A stretch of DNA of 64,000 nucleotides from an uncultured Chloroflexia bacterium (lineage in GTDB: Bacteria > Chloroflexota > Anaerolineae > CG2-30-64-16), in contig CAWEMM010000006.1 in assembly GCA_963810095.1 (NCBI GenBank), positions 1,419,353 through 1,483,352 on the forward strand. The letters run 5' to 3'. This document shows, one piece after another, positions 8,822-19,537 of the stretch. Position numbers and translations under genes: made by a program. The first letter of the stretch is position 1. Every line of letters starts with the position of its first letter. The notes below the pieces were generated by a model, which made no database searches, had not been told where the DNA came from, and saw only the letters and a program-made list of their open reading frames with translations.

Positions 8822-10987
8822 ATGAGCCGTGGCCGTCGGACTTATCTCTACAGCGTGGCCTTGTTTGGCCTCGTGGCTTCGCTGGTCAGCCTGGTATCCT
8901 TCTTGTGGCGGTTTTTCGCCGCCCGCGCCGTGGACCTGCTCGGGGCGTCGCCCCTGACCGGGGTGCTGGACTCGCCCGCGCTGCCCTGGCTGATACTCTT
9001 CCTGCTGACCCTCGCCACGTGGCTCTATCACATCATCGCCGCAAACCGGGCGGCCCGCCCGCTGACCATGGCCGGGGCCGCCGAACGTGCCGCGCCCGAA
9101 CGCAAGATGTACCTCTACATGGGGCGGCTGGCTGTTGTGGCGGTCCTGGCCGGACAGGCCTGGCTGCTGATCCGCCACGTGGCCGTTGCATTTCTCGACA
9201 ACGGCGTTGCCGGCTTACGGGCGGGCAGCGGGTGGACCTTGGCGCTGGCCGCGGGGATCGTCGTCGCCCTGGGTTACTACGTCTACCTGCGCGTCGAGGC
9301 GAGCCGCGATGGTGACTTGGGTCAGGAGCGGGGCAAGGCGGTGCTTTGGCGGAGGGCGTACACGTACGCGGCCGCGCTGGCCGGCGCGCTGCTGACATTC
9401 CTCGGCGGCGGCGAGTTGATCCGTGCGGGGATCCGGGTCTTGATGACGCCGCTGAGCCGCGACGTGACGTGGCATGGTCCTGCCGCGGCTGCGCTTGGGG
9501 CGCTCGTCGTCGGCTTGCCGCTAAGTGCAGCGGCCTGGGGCGCGGCGAACCGGGCCGCGACCATGAACGCGCCCTCGGAGACGAACGCGCTCAGCCGGGT
9601 GCTGCTGCGCTACGGCGGCGTGCTGGTGGCGACGCTCGTCACCCTCGTGGCGTTGGGCTACCTGGTCGAGCAGATCATCCTGACTGCCATCAGCCGGCCG
9701 GTCGGAAATGCAGGCCGGGCCTTATTCGGCATGTTCGACTGGACCTGGGCGCTGGCCTACCTGCCCGTGGCCGCGCTGATGTGGATCAGTTTTTCGGGCG
9801 GCGCGCGGACGGATGCGCTCTGGGGTGGTGAGAAGCCGCGCACGGGCGGCATCCGCCGGGTTGTCCGCTACCTGCTGACGGCGATCTCGCTGGTCGCCTT
9901 CTGGTACGGCTTGACGGAGTTCACGCGGCTGATTCTCCAGGTGTTCCTGGGCGCAGACTCGGCCACGGGCAGCGCGGCCGAATGGGTCCAGCGCTTCGCG
10001 ACCTCGGCGGCGTTCCTTCTGATTGGCGCGCCGGCGTGGTGGGGTCACTGGTGGTCGCAGCAGATGCGCGTGCGTTCGGAGAACTACGAGAGCCGCGGCA
10101 CAGCCGTGAGCGAACGGGGCTCGCGGGTGCGGCGTGTCTACCTGTGGGGGGTTCTGCTGGTGGCTGCCGTGGTGGTCGTCGCCGCGTTTGGGTTCGCCGT
10201 GGTGCTGGCGTTGAACTGGCGGTCGGCCGGCAACCTCGGCGGGGTGCGGGCTGCGGTGGCGGGCGCCGTGGCCGCGGCAGTTGTTGCCGCGTTCTGGGCA
10301 CTCGTCCACGGCCTGGTGTTGAGGAGTGACATGCGTTATCTGTCGCGGGGCCAAGCCGCCGGCGCTGCGGAGCCCGTCATCGTCGCACCGCTCGTGCCGG
10401 CGGCTGCGGCTGCTCCGGCCGGCATCGGGCCTGTCGCAGCGGCCGCGGCCGTCGCCGGTGTAAGCCGGGCGGCGCCGGGCGGGACGCAGCCCCAGCCCCT
10501 TGCCGAGAGCCGCGAGTATCGCCGGGAAGACCTGGCGCCGCTGGCCGCGCAGGCGGGTTTGGACGTCGTGGCAGGAGGGGCAACACCCGCCCTGGTCATC
10601 CTGGACGGTGCCGATGGCGCGCTGGGCGCGCAGCTGACAGCAGCGCTTCGTTCCGCATTCCCGACCGCAGCGCTCTGGCCGGTGGGGTTGAACGAGGTGG
10701 CGCACATGGCTATGCTGGGCGCGCTGGGCCAGGAGCCGCCCGTCCTGCCCGACGATGCCTTCGACCGGGCCGCGGGCATCCTTGCGCCGTCGGACGTGCT
10801 GATCCCCGGTGCGTTGGATGGGCAGGTCACTGCCGAACTGGTCGAGGCGCTCGCGCGGACCACCGCCCGGATCATGCTGCTGCCCCCGCACGACGCCCGG
10901 CTGCGCTGGGTGGCCGCGCCGAATTGGCCGGTGGAGCGCTGGGTGGAAAACGCGGTGATCGAAGCGGGAAACGTGCTTGGGGCGTAA
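8822..10987 (+). CDS. hypothetical polytopic membrane protein with internally repeated TM modules and a C-terminal soluble domain
   Basis: 721 aa; repeated units beginning R..YLY / MYLYMG / YTYAAAL / VRYLL / VYLWGVL each followed by hydrophobic helices; RBS GAGGAGG upstream. Confidence 0.6.
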   Translation: MSRGRRTYLYSVALFGLVASLVSLVSFLWRFFAARAVDLLGASPLTGVLDSPALPWLILFLLTLATWLYHIIAANRAARPLTMAGAAERAAPERKMYLYMGRLAVVAVLAGQAWLLIRHVAVAFLDNGVAGLRAGSGWTLALAAGIVVALGYYVYLRVEASRDGDLGQERGKAVLWRRAYTYAAALAGALLTFLGGGELIRAGIRVLMTPLSRDVTWHGPAAAALGALVVGLPLSAAAWGAANRAATMNAPSETNALSRVLLRYGGVLVATLVTLVALGYLVEQIILTAISRPVGNAGRALFGMFDWTWALAYLPVAALMWISFSGGARTDALWGGEKPRTGGIRRVVRYLLTAISLVAFWYGLTEFTRLILQVFLGADSATGSAAEWVQRFATSAAFLLIGAPAWWGHWWSQQMRVRSENYESRGTAVSERGSRVRRVYLWGVLLVAAVVVVAAFGFAVVLALNWRSAGNLGGVRAAVAGAVAAAVVAAFWALVHGLVLRSDMRYLSRGQAAGAAEPVIVAPLVPAAAAAPAGIGPVAAAAAVAGVSRAAPGGTQPQPLAESREYRREDLAPLAAQAGLDVVAGGATPALVILDGADGALGAQLTAALRSAFPTAALWPVGLNEVAHMAMLGALGQEPPVLPDDAFDRAAGILAPSDVLIPGALDGQVTAELVEALARTTARIMLLPPHDARLRWVAAPNWPVERWVENAVIEAGNVLGA

Positions 10988-11055
10988 CGAGAAATGACAA
11001 GGGCGAGGCATTGCGGCCTGCACTGCTCGCAGCGCAGGCCGCAATGCCTACGCCC

Positions 11056-12315
11056 CTACTCCTGCAGGCACTTGAGACAGTAATCCACTTCTTCGCGTGT
11101 GTTGTAGTGCGCCAGGCCCGCGCGCACTACGCCGCCGCTTTCTTCGATCCCCAGGCGCTCGGTGACGGCCAGCGCATAGAAGTTGCCCGACCATACATAC
11201 ACGCCGCGGCGAGCCAGGTGCTCGGCCACCTCGTCCGGATGCTTGCCCGCGAGCCGGAACGCGGCCGTCGGGGTGCGCCGGTCGAACTGGCTTGGATCGG
11301 CGATGCCGTAGAAGGTCAGGCCGGGGATGGCCCGCAGGCCCTGGGCGAAGTGCGCGAACAGGTCCCGCTCATACGCCTTGATGGCGGCCATCGCCTGCTT
11401 CAACGCCAGCCGGCTGCCTGTGAAGCCCGGGAATTGGCCCTCAAACTCGCCTCCGCACATGCTCCCGAGCTCGGCCAGATACTCGACCGCGGCCAGAACG
11501 CCCGCCTGCGCCTCGTGGGCCTGGGTGCCCGTCTCGAACTTGTCGGGCGACGCGTTGCCGGCCGGACGCACCTTGTAGGCCCGCAGCTGCTCCAGAAGCT
11601 CGTGCCGGCCCCACAGCGTGCCCGAGTGCGGGCCGAAAAACTTGTAAGGCGAGCAGATCAGGAAGTCGCAGCCGAGCGCCTGCACGTCGACCGGACCGTG
11701 CGGGACGTAGTGCACCGCATCGACCCATAACCATGCGCCGGCCGCGTGAACCAGGCGGGCAATCTCGGGGATCGGATTGACCGTCCCGACCGCGTTCGAG
11801 GCGTAGCCGACCGCTACGAGCTTGGTCTTGGGGCCGAGCTTGCTCTGCAGGTCGTCGAGGCGCAGCGTGCAGTCTGCCGGGTCGAAGTCGACCTCCTTGA
11901 CCACAACCCCCTTTTCGGCCAGCGCAAGCCAGGGTGCGCGATTTGCGTCGTGGTCGAGCTTCGTGATGAGCACCTCGTCGCCGGGGGCCAGCTCGCGGCC
12001 GATGGCCCGGCTGACGGCAAACGTGAGCGTGGTCATGTTGGCGCCGAAGACGATCTCGGCGGGCGAGGCCGCGTTGAGCAGATCGGCCATGGCCTCATGC
12101 GCGGCGTGCAGCACTGCGTCGCTCTCGCGGGAGGTGCGGAACGCGCCCCCATGGTTGGCGTTCGATCGGATGAGGTAATGCGCCATCGCATCGATCACGC
12201 GCTGGGGCACCTGGGTGCCGCCGGGTCCGTCGAAGTAGACGGCCGGCCGGCCCGCGTCGACCAGGGCGAGCGCGGGGAACTGGGAACGGACGAAGGAAAG
12301 GTCTAGCTGAGACAT
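11056..12315 (-). CDS. cysteine desulfurase-like aminotransferase class V protein (cysteine desulfurase / selenocysteine lyase family)
   Basis: 419 aa; PLP-lysine region SPYKFFGPH; overall class-V aminotransferase fold. Confidence 0.75.
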   Translation of the reverse strand: MSQLDLSFVRSQFPALALVDAGRPAVYFDGPGGTQVPQRVIDAMAHYLIRSNANHGGAFRTSRESDAVLHAAHEAMADLLNAASPAEIVFGANMTTLTFAVSRAIGRELAPGDEVLITKLDHDANRAPWLALAEKGVVVKEVDFDPADCTLRLDDLQSKLGPKTKLVAVGYASNAVGTVNPIPEIARLVHAAGAWLWVDAVHYVPHGPVDVQALGCDFLICSPYKFFGPHSGTLWGRHELLEQLRAYKVRPAGNASPDKFETGTQAHEAQAGVLAAVEYLAELGSMCGGEFEGQFPGFTGSRLALKQAMAAIKAYERDLFAHFAQGLRAIPGLTFYGIADPSQFDRRTPTAAFRLAGKHPDEVAEHLARRGVYVWSGNFYALAVTERLGIEESGGVVRAGLAHYNTREEVDYCLKCLQE

Positions 12316-12354
12316 GGTTTGCTCCTGAAGGGATAGACCGTCGCATCTTACCCA

Positions 12355-12427
12355 AGAAACCCGCTTTCTGCCAGAACCACCTTTAGGAAACCAGGTTTCT
12401 CCGAGAAACCGGGTTTCTGCTCTCGCA
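12355..12427. promoter_or_regulatory. array of three operator-like palindromes (AGAAACCcgcTTTCT, GAAACCaGGTTTC, AGAAACCgGGTTTCT) followed by a TATAAT box in a divergent intergenic region
   Basis: Directly visible inverted repeats with GAAACC/GGTTTC arms; TATAAT at about 12421. Confidence 0.45.
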
Positions 12428-12475
12428 TGCTATAATGGCCCGGTCAGACGATTCTCCTGCAAAGAGGTTAACCTC

Positions 12476-13063
12476 GTGGCTACTCAAGTTCGCCTGTTCG
12501 TCAGCGCGGGACCGGCTGAAGAGGGGGCGAGGGAACACCTGGGCCGGGCGCTTGCGGAGCTGCCCATCAGCGTGGGCTGGGTGATCAAGCGCACACCCGA
12601 CGTCGACTCCGTGGCCGAATGCCACCTGTTCGCGGTGCTACTTGGCCGCGATATCGCCGCGCCGGTGGGGCTCGAGCTATGGTGGGCGCGGCGCACGGAG
12701 AAGCCGGTGCTGGCCTATACGGCCGAAGGGCTGCGCACGCCGGCCTGCCAGGTGTTCTTCCAGGACAACTTCTACCTCGACTGGCACCCATTTCCCGATG
12801 CGGTGAGTTTGCGGCGCCTGTTCCTGCTCGACATCTGCCGCTTTCTCCTCGCCCACGACGAGCGGTATGGCGTGACCGTGGTCGAGACGGAGGCGCTGCG
12901 CGGCTTCATGGCGCGATTGGAAAAGCCCGCAGCGGTCGTCCCCGGCCGCGCTCCGGCACGGGAAGGCCCCCTGGCCAGGCCCCAAGGCGCAGGGGGCGGG
13001 GGCGTGATCCTCGCGCCGGGCAAGGACACCCCGCGCGGTGCACGCATCATTGGCGAGGAGTGA
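12476..13063 (+). CDS. hypothetical protein
   Basis: 195-aa ORF filling the intergenic gap, GC3-rich codon usage; no recognisable motif. Confidence 0.4.
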   Translation: MATQVRLFVSAGPAEEGAREHLGRALAELPISVGWVIKRTPDVDSVAECHLFAVLLGRDIAAPVGLELWWARRTEKPVLAYTAEGLRTPACQVFFQDNFYLDWHPFPDAVSLRRLFLLDICRFLLAHDERYGVTVVETEALRGFMARLEKPAAVVPGRAPAREGPLARPQGAGGGGVILAPGKDTPRGARIIGEE

Positions 13064-14936
13064 GCCCGCGCAGCCCATGAACCTGTCTCCCAGCGTCCCT
13101 GCCCCGCGCCCTGCGCCCCTCGCACGAGTTACAGCCTGGCTGCGTCGCGATGTGCACCTGTGGTTGGCCCTACTCCTGGTCGTCCCTGCAATGCTGCCGC
13201 TCTTCGCGCCGGGCTACTTCGTGAAAGCCCACGACGCGCGGCACAGCATCTTCTTCCTGGTCGAGTTCGACCGCAGTTTCAGCGAGGGCGCCTTGTGGCC
13301 CGTGTGGGGGCCCGACCATGCCGTCGGATTCGGCTATCCGACGTTCTTGTTGTACGCACCGCTCGCGTTTTACGTGGGCGAGGCATTCCACCTGCTGGGT
13401 CTTGGCTTCGCCGCGGCGACGAAGGCGACCTGGGCGCTCGGCTTCCTGCTGGGCGCGGCGGGCACCTACCGCCTTAGCCGGCGCTGGTTCACCCCCGCAG
13501 TTGCGCTGGTTGCGAGCCTCGCTTTCACGTACGCGCCGTATCACCTGGGGCAGATCTACGTGCGCGCCGCCCTTGCCGAGTTCATGGCGCTTGCCTGGTT
13601 GCCCTGGGCCGTGCTGGCCTTCTTACGACTGTGGGACGAGCCGGGACCGCGCCGGGCGGCGCTGGCCGGGCTGGCGTTGGCGGCGTTGTTGCTGTTTCAC
13701 ACAGTCTCGACGTTGACCTTCGCGCCGCTGATCGGCGCGCTGCTGGCGCTGCTCCTCGTGCGGGACGCGGTGAAGGCGCGCTCGCTCGTGCGGGCGGTGC
13801 GCTCGCCGCAGGCCGGCTGGACGTTCGTGGCGCTGGTCGTGGCGGGCCTGCTCTCCTGCATCTTCTTCGTGCCCATGCTCCTGGAGCGCGGCGGCGTGGC
13901 ACAGTGGCAGTGGGTCAAGGAGACGTACAGCTACCGGCTGCACTTCGTCTATCCGGGTCAATTCCTGCTTCCCACCTGGGGCTATGGCTACTCCGTGGCA
14001 GGCCCGAACGATGGCATGAGTTTTCAGGTCGGCATCCCGATCTTCCTGCTGGCGGTGCTGGGCGCCGGCGTGGCGCTGCTGAGGCGCGCGCGTCCTGAGC
14101 CGACCGCCTTCCAGCTGGAAGGGGTGGAGGCGCCGGTCGCGCCTCCGGCGGGCGGGCGATTAATGGTCCTGTTCCTCACGGCCGTCACGCTGGTGACCCT
14201 GTTCCTGATGACGCCGGCGGCGCAGGGCATCTGGGATGTGCTGCCCCTGGTGGAGTTAATCCAATTTCCGTGGCGTTTGCTGGCGGTGGTCGTGTTTGCG
14301 CTGGCGCTGCTCGCAGGTTGGGGCGCATGGCTGCTCAACTCGCGTGCCTTGCGCCGGGGACCGCAAGGCGTCAGCCCCTTCGTCTACGTTGCCGGGTTGG
14401 CGCTCATCGTGAGCAGCCTGCCGTTCACGCGGCCCGAGATCGTCCCGCTCAGGCCGCAGGATGAGAGCCCGCTCGCGGTGCTCGACTTCGAGATGGCCTT
14501 CCCCGACATGCGCGGGTTGACCGCGTGGGCCGAGCGGCCGCCCGCGGACGCCGACTCGCCGCTGATTGCCCAGTACCTGGCCGGGCAGCCGCTGCAAAAG
14601 GCGGCGATTGCGTCGGGCTCGGGCACGATTCTCGAGCAGTCGTCCGGTGCGCTGTCGGCGCGGGCGAGCGTGCGCGCGACCGGCCCGTTGTCTCTGCGCT
14701 TCTACACGTATTACTTCCCCGGCTGGCGTGCGACGGTCGACGGGCGGCCTGCTGAGTTGCGGGCTGAGGGCCCGAACGGGCTGATGACGGTGGACGTGCC
14801 GGCCGGCGAGCACGAAGTGCGGGTTACGTTTGGGCAGACCCCGGCGAGGATGGCCGGCCGGTTGCTGGCCGCCCTGGGTGCGCTTCTATGCGTGTTTTTG
14901 CTGGTAAAGGGCAAGCGCAAGGCAATTATCGGCTGA
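13038..14936 (+). CDS. PTPS-related membrane protein, putative GT-C glycosyltransferase (intact paralog)
   Basis: 632 aa; APGYFVKAHDARHSIFF and GFGYPTF motifs, many TM segments, conserved C-terminal YYFPGWRATVDG region. Confidence 0.75.
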   Translation: MHASLARSEPAQPMNLSPSVPAPRPAPLARVTAWLRRDVHLWLALLLVVPAMLPLFAPGYFVKAHDARHSIFFLVEFDRSFSEGALWPVWGPDHAVGFGYPTFLLYAPLAFYVGEAFHLLGLGFAAATKATWALGFLLGAAGTYRLSRRWFTPAVALVASLAFTYAPYHLGQIYVRAALAEFMALAWLPWAVLAFLRLWDEPGPRRAALAGLALAALLLFHTVSTLTFAPLIGALLALLLVRDAVKARSLVRAVRSPQAGWTFVALVVAGLLSCIFFVPMLLERGGVAQWQWVKETYSYRLHFVYPGQFLLPTWGYGYSVAGPNDGMSFQVGIPIFLLAVLGAGVALLRRARPEPTAFQLEGVEAPVAPPAGGRLMVLFLTAVTLVTLFLMTPAAQGIWDVLPLVELIQFPWRLLAVVVFALALLAGWGAWLLNSRALRRGPQGVSPFVYVAGLALIVSSLPFTRPEIVPLRPQDESPLAVLDFEMAFPDMRGLTAWAERPPADADSPLIAQYLAGQPLQKAAIASGSGTILEQSSGALSARASVRATGPLSLRFYTYYFPGWRATVDGRPAELRAEGPNGLMTVDVPAGEHEVRVTFGQTPARMAGRLLAALGALLCVFLLVKGKRKAIIG

Positions 14937-14949
14937 CGCCTGATGACTA

Positions 14950-15130
14950 TTTTGCGGGGGCGCTCTTGCCCCCGCCGCCCCGACGCGAGTGGCTGCCCAC
15001 GACCGACTCATTGGCGGGGAGCGCTCTCGCCCCCGACGCGAGGGGTTGCCACGACCGACTCATTGGCGGGAGCGCTCTTGCCCCCGCCGCCCCCGACCAG
15101 GGGCTGCGCCCCTTGGAACCCCAAAGGCAG
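14950..15130. repeat. dispersed GC-rich hairpin repeat element, copy B with internal ~50-bp tandem duplication
   Basis: GGGGCTGCGCCCCTTGGAACCCCAAAGG and GGGGGCGCTCTTGCCCCCGCCGCCCC motifs; duplicated unit CCACGACCGACTCATTGGCGGG. Confidence 0.6.
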
Positions 15131-15317
15131 CGCTGTAGGTACACGTTCGCCTGGATAAGTCACTGTACGGGGGATGAGCCAGGGCGGCAGGAACCATGCG
15201 TGTGGTTACAACGCCTAACGGGCCACACGGCTGATGAAGGCAGCCGGCCCGCCGTAAGCGTTGCCTTCGGAGGTTCTGGGGGCGGCGGCGGCATGACATT
15301 GGTCGTATCTGCCTGGG

Positions 15318-15347
15318 CAAACTTGCGTTTGTTCGTGCAGATTATTA
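15318..15347 (+). promoter_or_regulatory. sigma-70-like promoter (TTGCGT-17-TATAAT) upstream of LysM gene
   Basis: TTGCGT then 17-bp spacer then TATAAT, ~15 bp before the ATG. Confidence 0.4.
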
Positions 15348-15361
15348 TAATCGGTTAACCT

Positions 15362-16513
15362 ATGAGCCAACCGGATACACCTCGGCCGTCCTACGGCCAA
15401 CTGCGCACTTGTCCCAGCTGCGGGACACGGGTCGCTCAGAAAGCTGAAACCTGTTTCTTCTGCGGCGCCGCGCTCGATTCAGAGCCACGCCGCCGGCTGC
15501 GATTGCCCTGGGCCGACCTTGTCCTTTTCGCTGCGATCGCCGCGGTGCTCGCCGTGTGGTGGCTGCGCGCCCCCGACGCACCGGAGACGCGCGGACCGGG
15601 CACGGTCGAAGCCGTCTTGAGCGCGCAGCGGGCCGCCGCGTCGCCCACTGCTGCGATCGTCGCTGCTTTGCAGCTGGACGACCCGACGAACACCCCGATG
15701 CCAACCCGAACGCCGCTTCCCACGTCGACAGTCGCTCCCACTGCTACGCCTGAAGCGGCCTCACCCACTCCGGCGGCGGGTCCGACCCGTCACAAGGTGC
15801 AAGCGGGCGATTCCGTAGCGGCTATTGCTGCCAAATATGGCTCGACGATCAAGGATATTATCTCGGCCAACAACCTGAGCGCGGACGGCCGCCTGAGCAT
15901 CGGACAAGAGCTGCTGATCCCGGTTGCCGGGCCTATGGGTGGCCCGGGACCGACGGCGACCCCCGGCACCACGGGCCTGATGTACAACACGCGGGCCGGC
16001 GACACGATCAGCGGCATCGCGACCCGTTTCAAGTCGCAGGTCGACTGGATCATGAAGGCCAATAATATCAAGCCGGGCGACACGCTGCGCATCGGCCAGC
16101 CGCTCCTGGTCCCGCTGGTGCCGGCCACCCCCACCCCCATACCGACCGATCCGATCACGCCCCTGCCGCCGACGCCCACGGAAATCCCGGGCTTGTCTGC
16201 GCCCCAGCTGTTGACGCCGGCGGACGGCGCAACGATTGCGGGACAAGACACGCTCCTTCTGAGTTGGACGTCGGTGGGTGTGTTGGCTCCGGAAGAGTAC
16301 TACGTGGTGACATTGAAGTCGCCCGAGAAGGAAACCGCTGTCGCAACGTGGTGGACCAAGAGCACGTCGTGGCGGCTGCCGGTCGATTACCGGCCCACCG
16401 GCAGCGCAGGGCTGGATTACGTCTGGCGGGTGCAGGTGCGGCGGGGCGGGCAAGACAAGCCGGGCGAGGCCACCAGTCCCACCAGCGAACAGCGGCGTTT
16501 CACCTGGCGTTAA
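15362..16513 (+). CDS. zinc-ribbon / TM / double-LysM peptidoglycan-binding protein with Pro/Thr linkers
   Basis: N-terminal CPSCG...CFFCG zinc ribbon, TM helix, two LysM repeats (HKVQAGDSVAAIAAKYG... and YNTRAGDTISGIATRF...), PT-rich linkers. Confidence 0.8.
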   Translation: MSQPDTPRPSYGQLRTCPSCGTRVAQKAETCFFCGAALDSEPRRRLRLPWADLVLFAAIAAVLAVWWLRAPDAPETRGPGTVEAVLSAQRAAASPTAAIVAALQLDDPTNTPMPTRTPLPTSTVAPTATPEAASPTPAAGPTRHKVQAGDSVAAIAAKYGSTIKDIISANNLSADGRLSIGQELLIPVAGPMGGPGPTATPGTTGLMYNTRAGDTISGIATRFKSQVDWIMKANNIKPGDTLRIGQPLLVPLVPATPTPIPTDPITPLPPTPTEIPGLSAPQLLTPADGATIAGQDTLLLSWTSVGVLAPEEYYVVTLKSPEKETAVATWWTKSTSWRLPVDYRPTGSAGLDYVWRVQVRRGGQDKPGEATSPTSEQRRFTWR

Positions 16514-16567
16514 CGGGCGACCCCAGTGACTGCAAGTGCCGGGCACCTTCAAGGTGCCCGGCACTTT

Positions 16568-17358
16568 TCAGTTTGCGGTGGGAAGATGCAGCACGGCGTA
16601 TAGGTTCAGATTGCCTTCGTGGCCGTCGGAGAAAAAGGTCTCCTGCGCCCCAAGGCCCGCCGCGGCCGCCATTTCTTTGAGCTCCGCCTCGTCGATGTAC
16701 GCGCAATAGCGGGCCCCCGGCGATCCTTCCCCCCACCCCACCAGGTAGTCGTTGCGCTCGACCTCGGCCAGATCGATCCCGACAGAATCCCAGGAGGCGA
16801 TGCGCTTTCTGAGCCGGTCGGAGGCCATGAACTGCCAGGTGGACACGATCAGGGGCGCGCCGGGCGGCAGCAGGGCTGCGCTCCGCCGCGAGAAACTCGA
16901 TGCGGTGACTGCGGCCGGGGATGTGGTGCAGGACCGCCAGGCAGACCGCTGCGTCAAACGGGCCCGCTTGAGACAAGGCGCCGGGCCAGTCGGGCGCGAA
17001 GAGGTCGGCCTCGACGAGCGCGGACGGGATGCGCGGGCGCTGCGCAGCCGTGGCGGCTGCATCTGCCAGCAGGTTCGTGCTGCTGTCCAGCCCCGTGTAG
17101 CGGCCGGTCCAGCCGCTGTCGTCGAGGAAGACGAGGAACCGGGCGTTGCCGCAGCCCAGGTCGAGGACGTTGAACCCGTTTTCCAGATAGGGTAGAATGC
17201 GGCTGAAGCCGGGGGGCCACGAGCGCCGGGTGCGCGAGAACTCGCCGGCGAAGCGCGCATAGAACTGCCTGTTGAGCGCGAGGAGCGCGGCGACCGTCTG
17301 GGGTTGCATTTGATCTTGCGGTTGGCTTTGATCTTGAGGTTGCATGTGTTGAGGTTGC

Positions 17359-17361
<3 letters not shown>
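16568..17361 (-). CDS. class I SAM-dependent methyltransferase; apparent frameshift near 16885
   Basis: VLDLGCGNARF SAM-binding motif in one frame; conserved C-terminus (PLIVSTWQF...YAVLHLP) in ORF 16568..17260 frame. Confidence 0.6.
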
Positions 17362-19095
<1,734 letters not shown>

Positions 19096-19280
19096 GGAGA
19101 GCTCTCGACTCGCGTGCGCCCACGGCTCCGCATCCTTCGATTACGCTGCGCTCCGCTCGGCCTGTTTTTTCGTTGCGGCCGTGCGGCGTGAGCTGTTTTT
19201 GTCCCGCGGTTGTTCATGCTATACTTGCGCCACTTAGAGAGGCTTGAGGACGGGTTTCCACGCAGACAAGGAGCGCGCAG

Positions 19281-19502
19281 ATGGATTTCGGCAAGTTCTT
19301 GCTGGGGTTGTTGGTGGGTGCGGCCAGTGGCGCCGCTGCCGCGTTGATGCTGACGCCTCAGTCAGGCGAGGCGACGCAGAACTCGATTCGCGAGCGCGTG
19401 CAGCTCGTCATGGACGAGGGGAAGCGCGCGGCTGCCGAGCGGCGGGCCGAACTCGAAGCCCAATTTGCGCAAGCGCGGCAGACGCCTCGGCTAGAGGGCT
19501 GA
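19281..19502 (+). CDS. YtxH-like small membrane protein (DUF948-like)
   Basis: 73 aa; FLLGLLVGAASGAAAALMLTPQSGEATQ matches YtxH N-terminal pattern. Confidence 0.55.
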   Translation: MDFGKFLLGLLVGAASGAAAALMLTPQSGEATQNSIRERVQLVMDEGKRAAAERRAELEAQFAQARQTPRLEG

Positions 19503-19537
19503 CCGAGCGGCGCCGGCATTGTCGAGAGGGGGCTCAG

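Noticed and set aside
9722-11044. 440-aa minus-strand ORF antisense to the 721-aa membrane protein gene, and similar long antisense ORFs (23105..24817 minus, 29474..31066 plus, 32123..33079 plus, 37934..38719 minus, 5178..5771 minus)
   Set aside because: Arg/Pro/Gly-rich low-complexity translations without motifs; overlap well-supported genes on the opposite strand; expected by chance at ~70% GC
14950-15130. Tandem ~50-bp duplication, considered as a minimal CRISPR-like array
   Set aside because: Only two units, no spacer-repeat periodicity, and it belongs to the dispersed REP-like family
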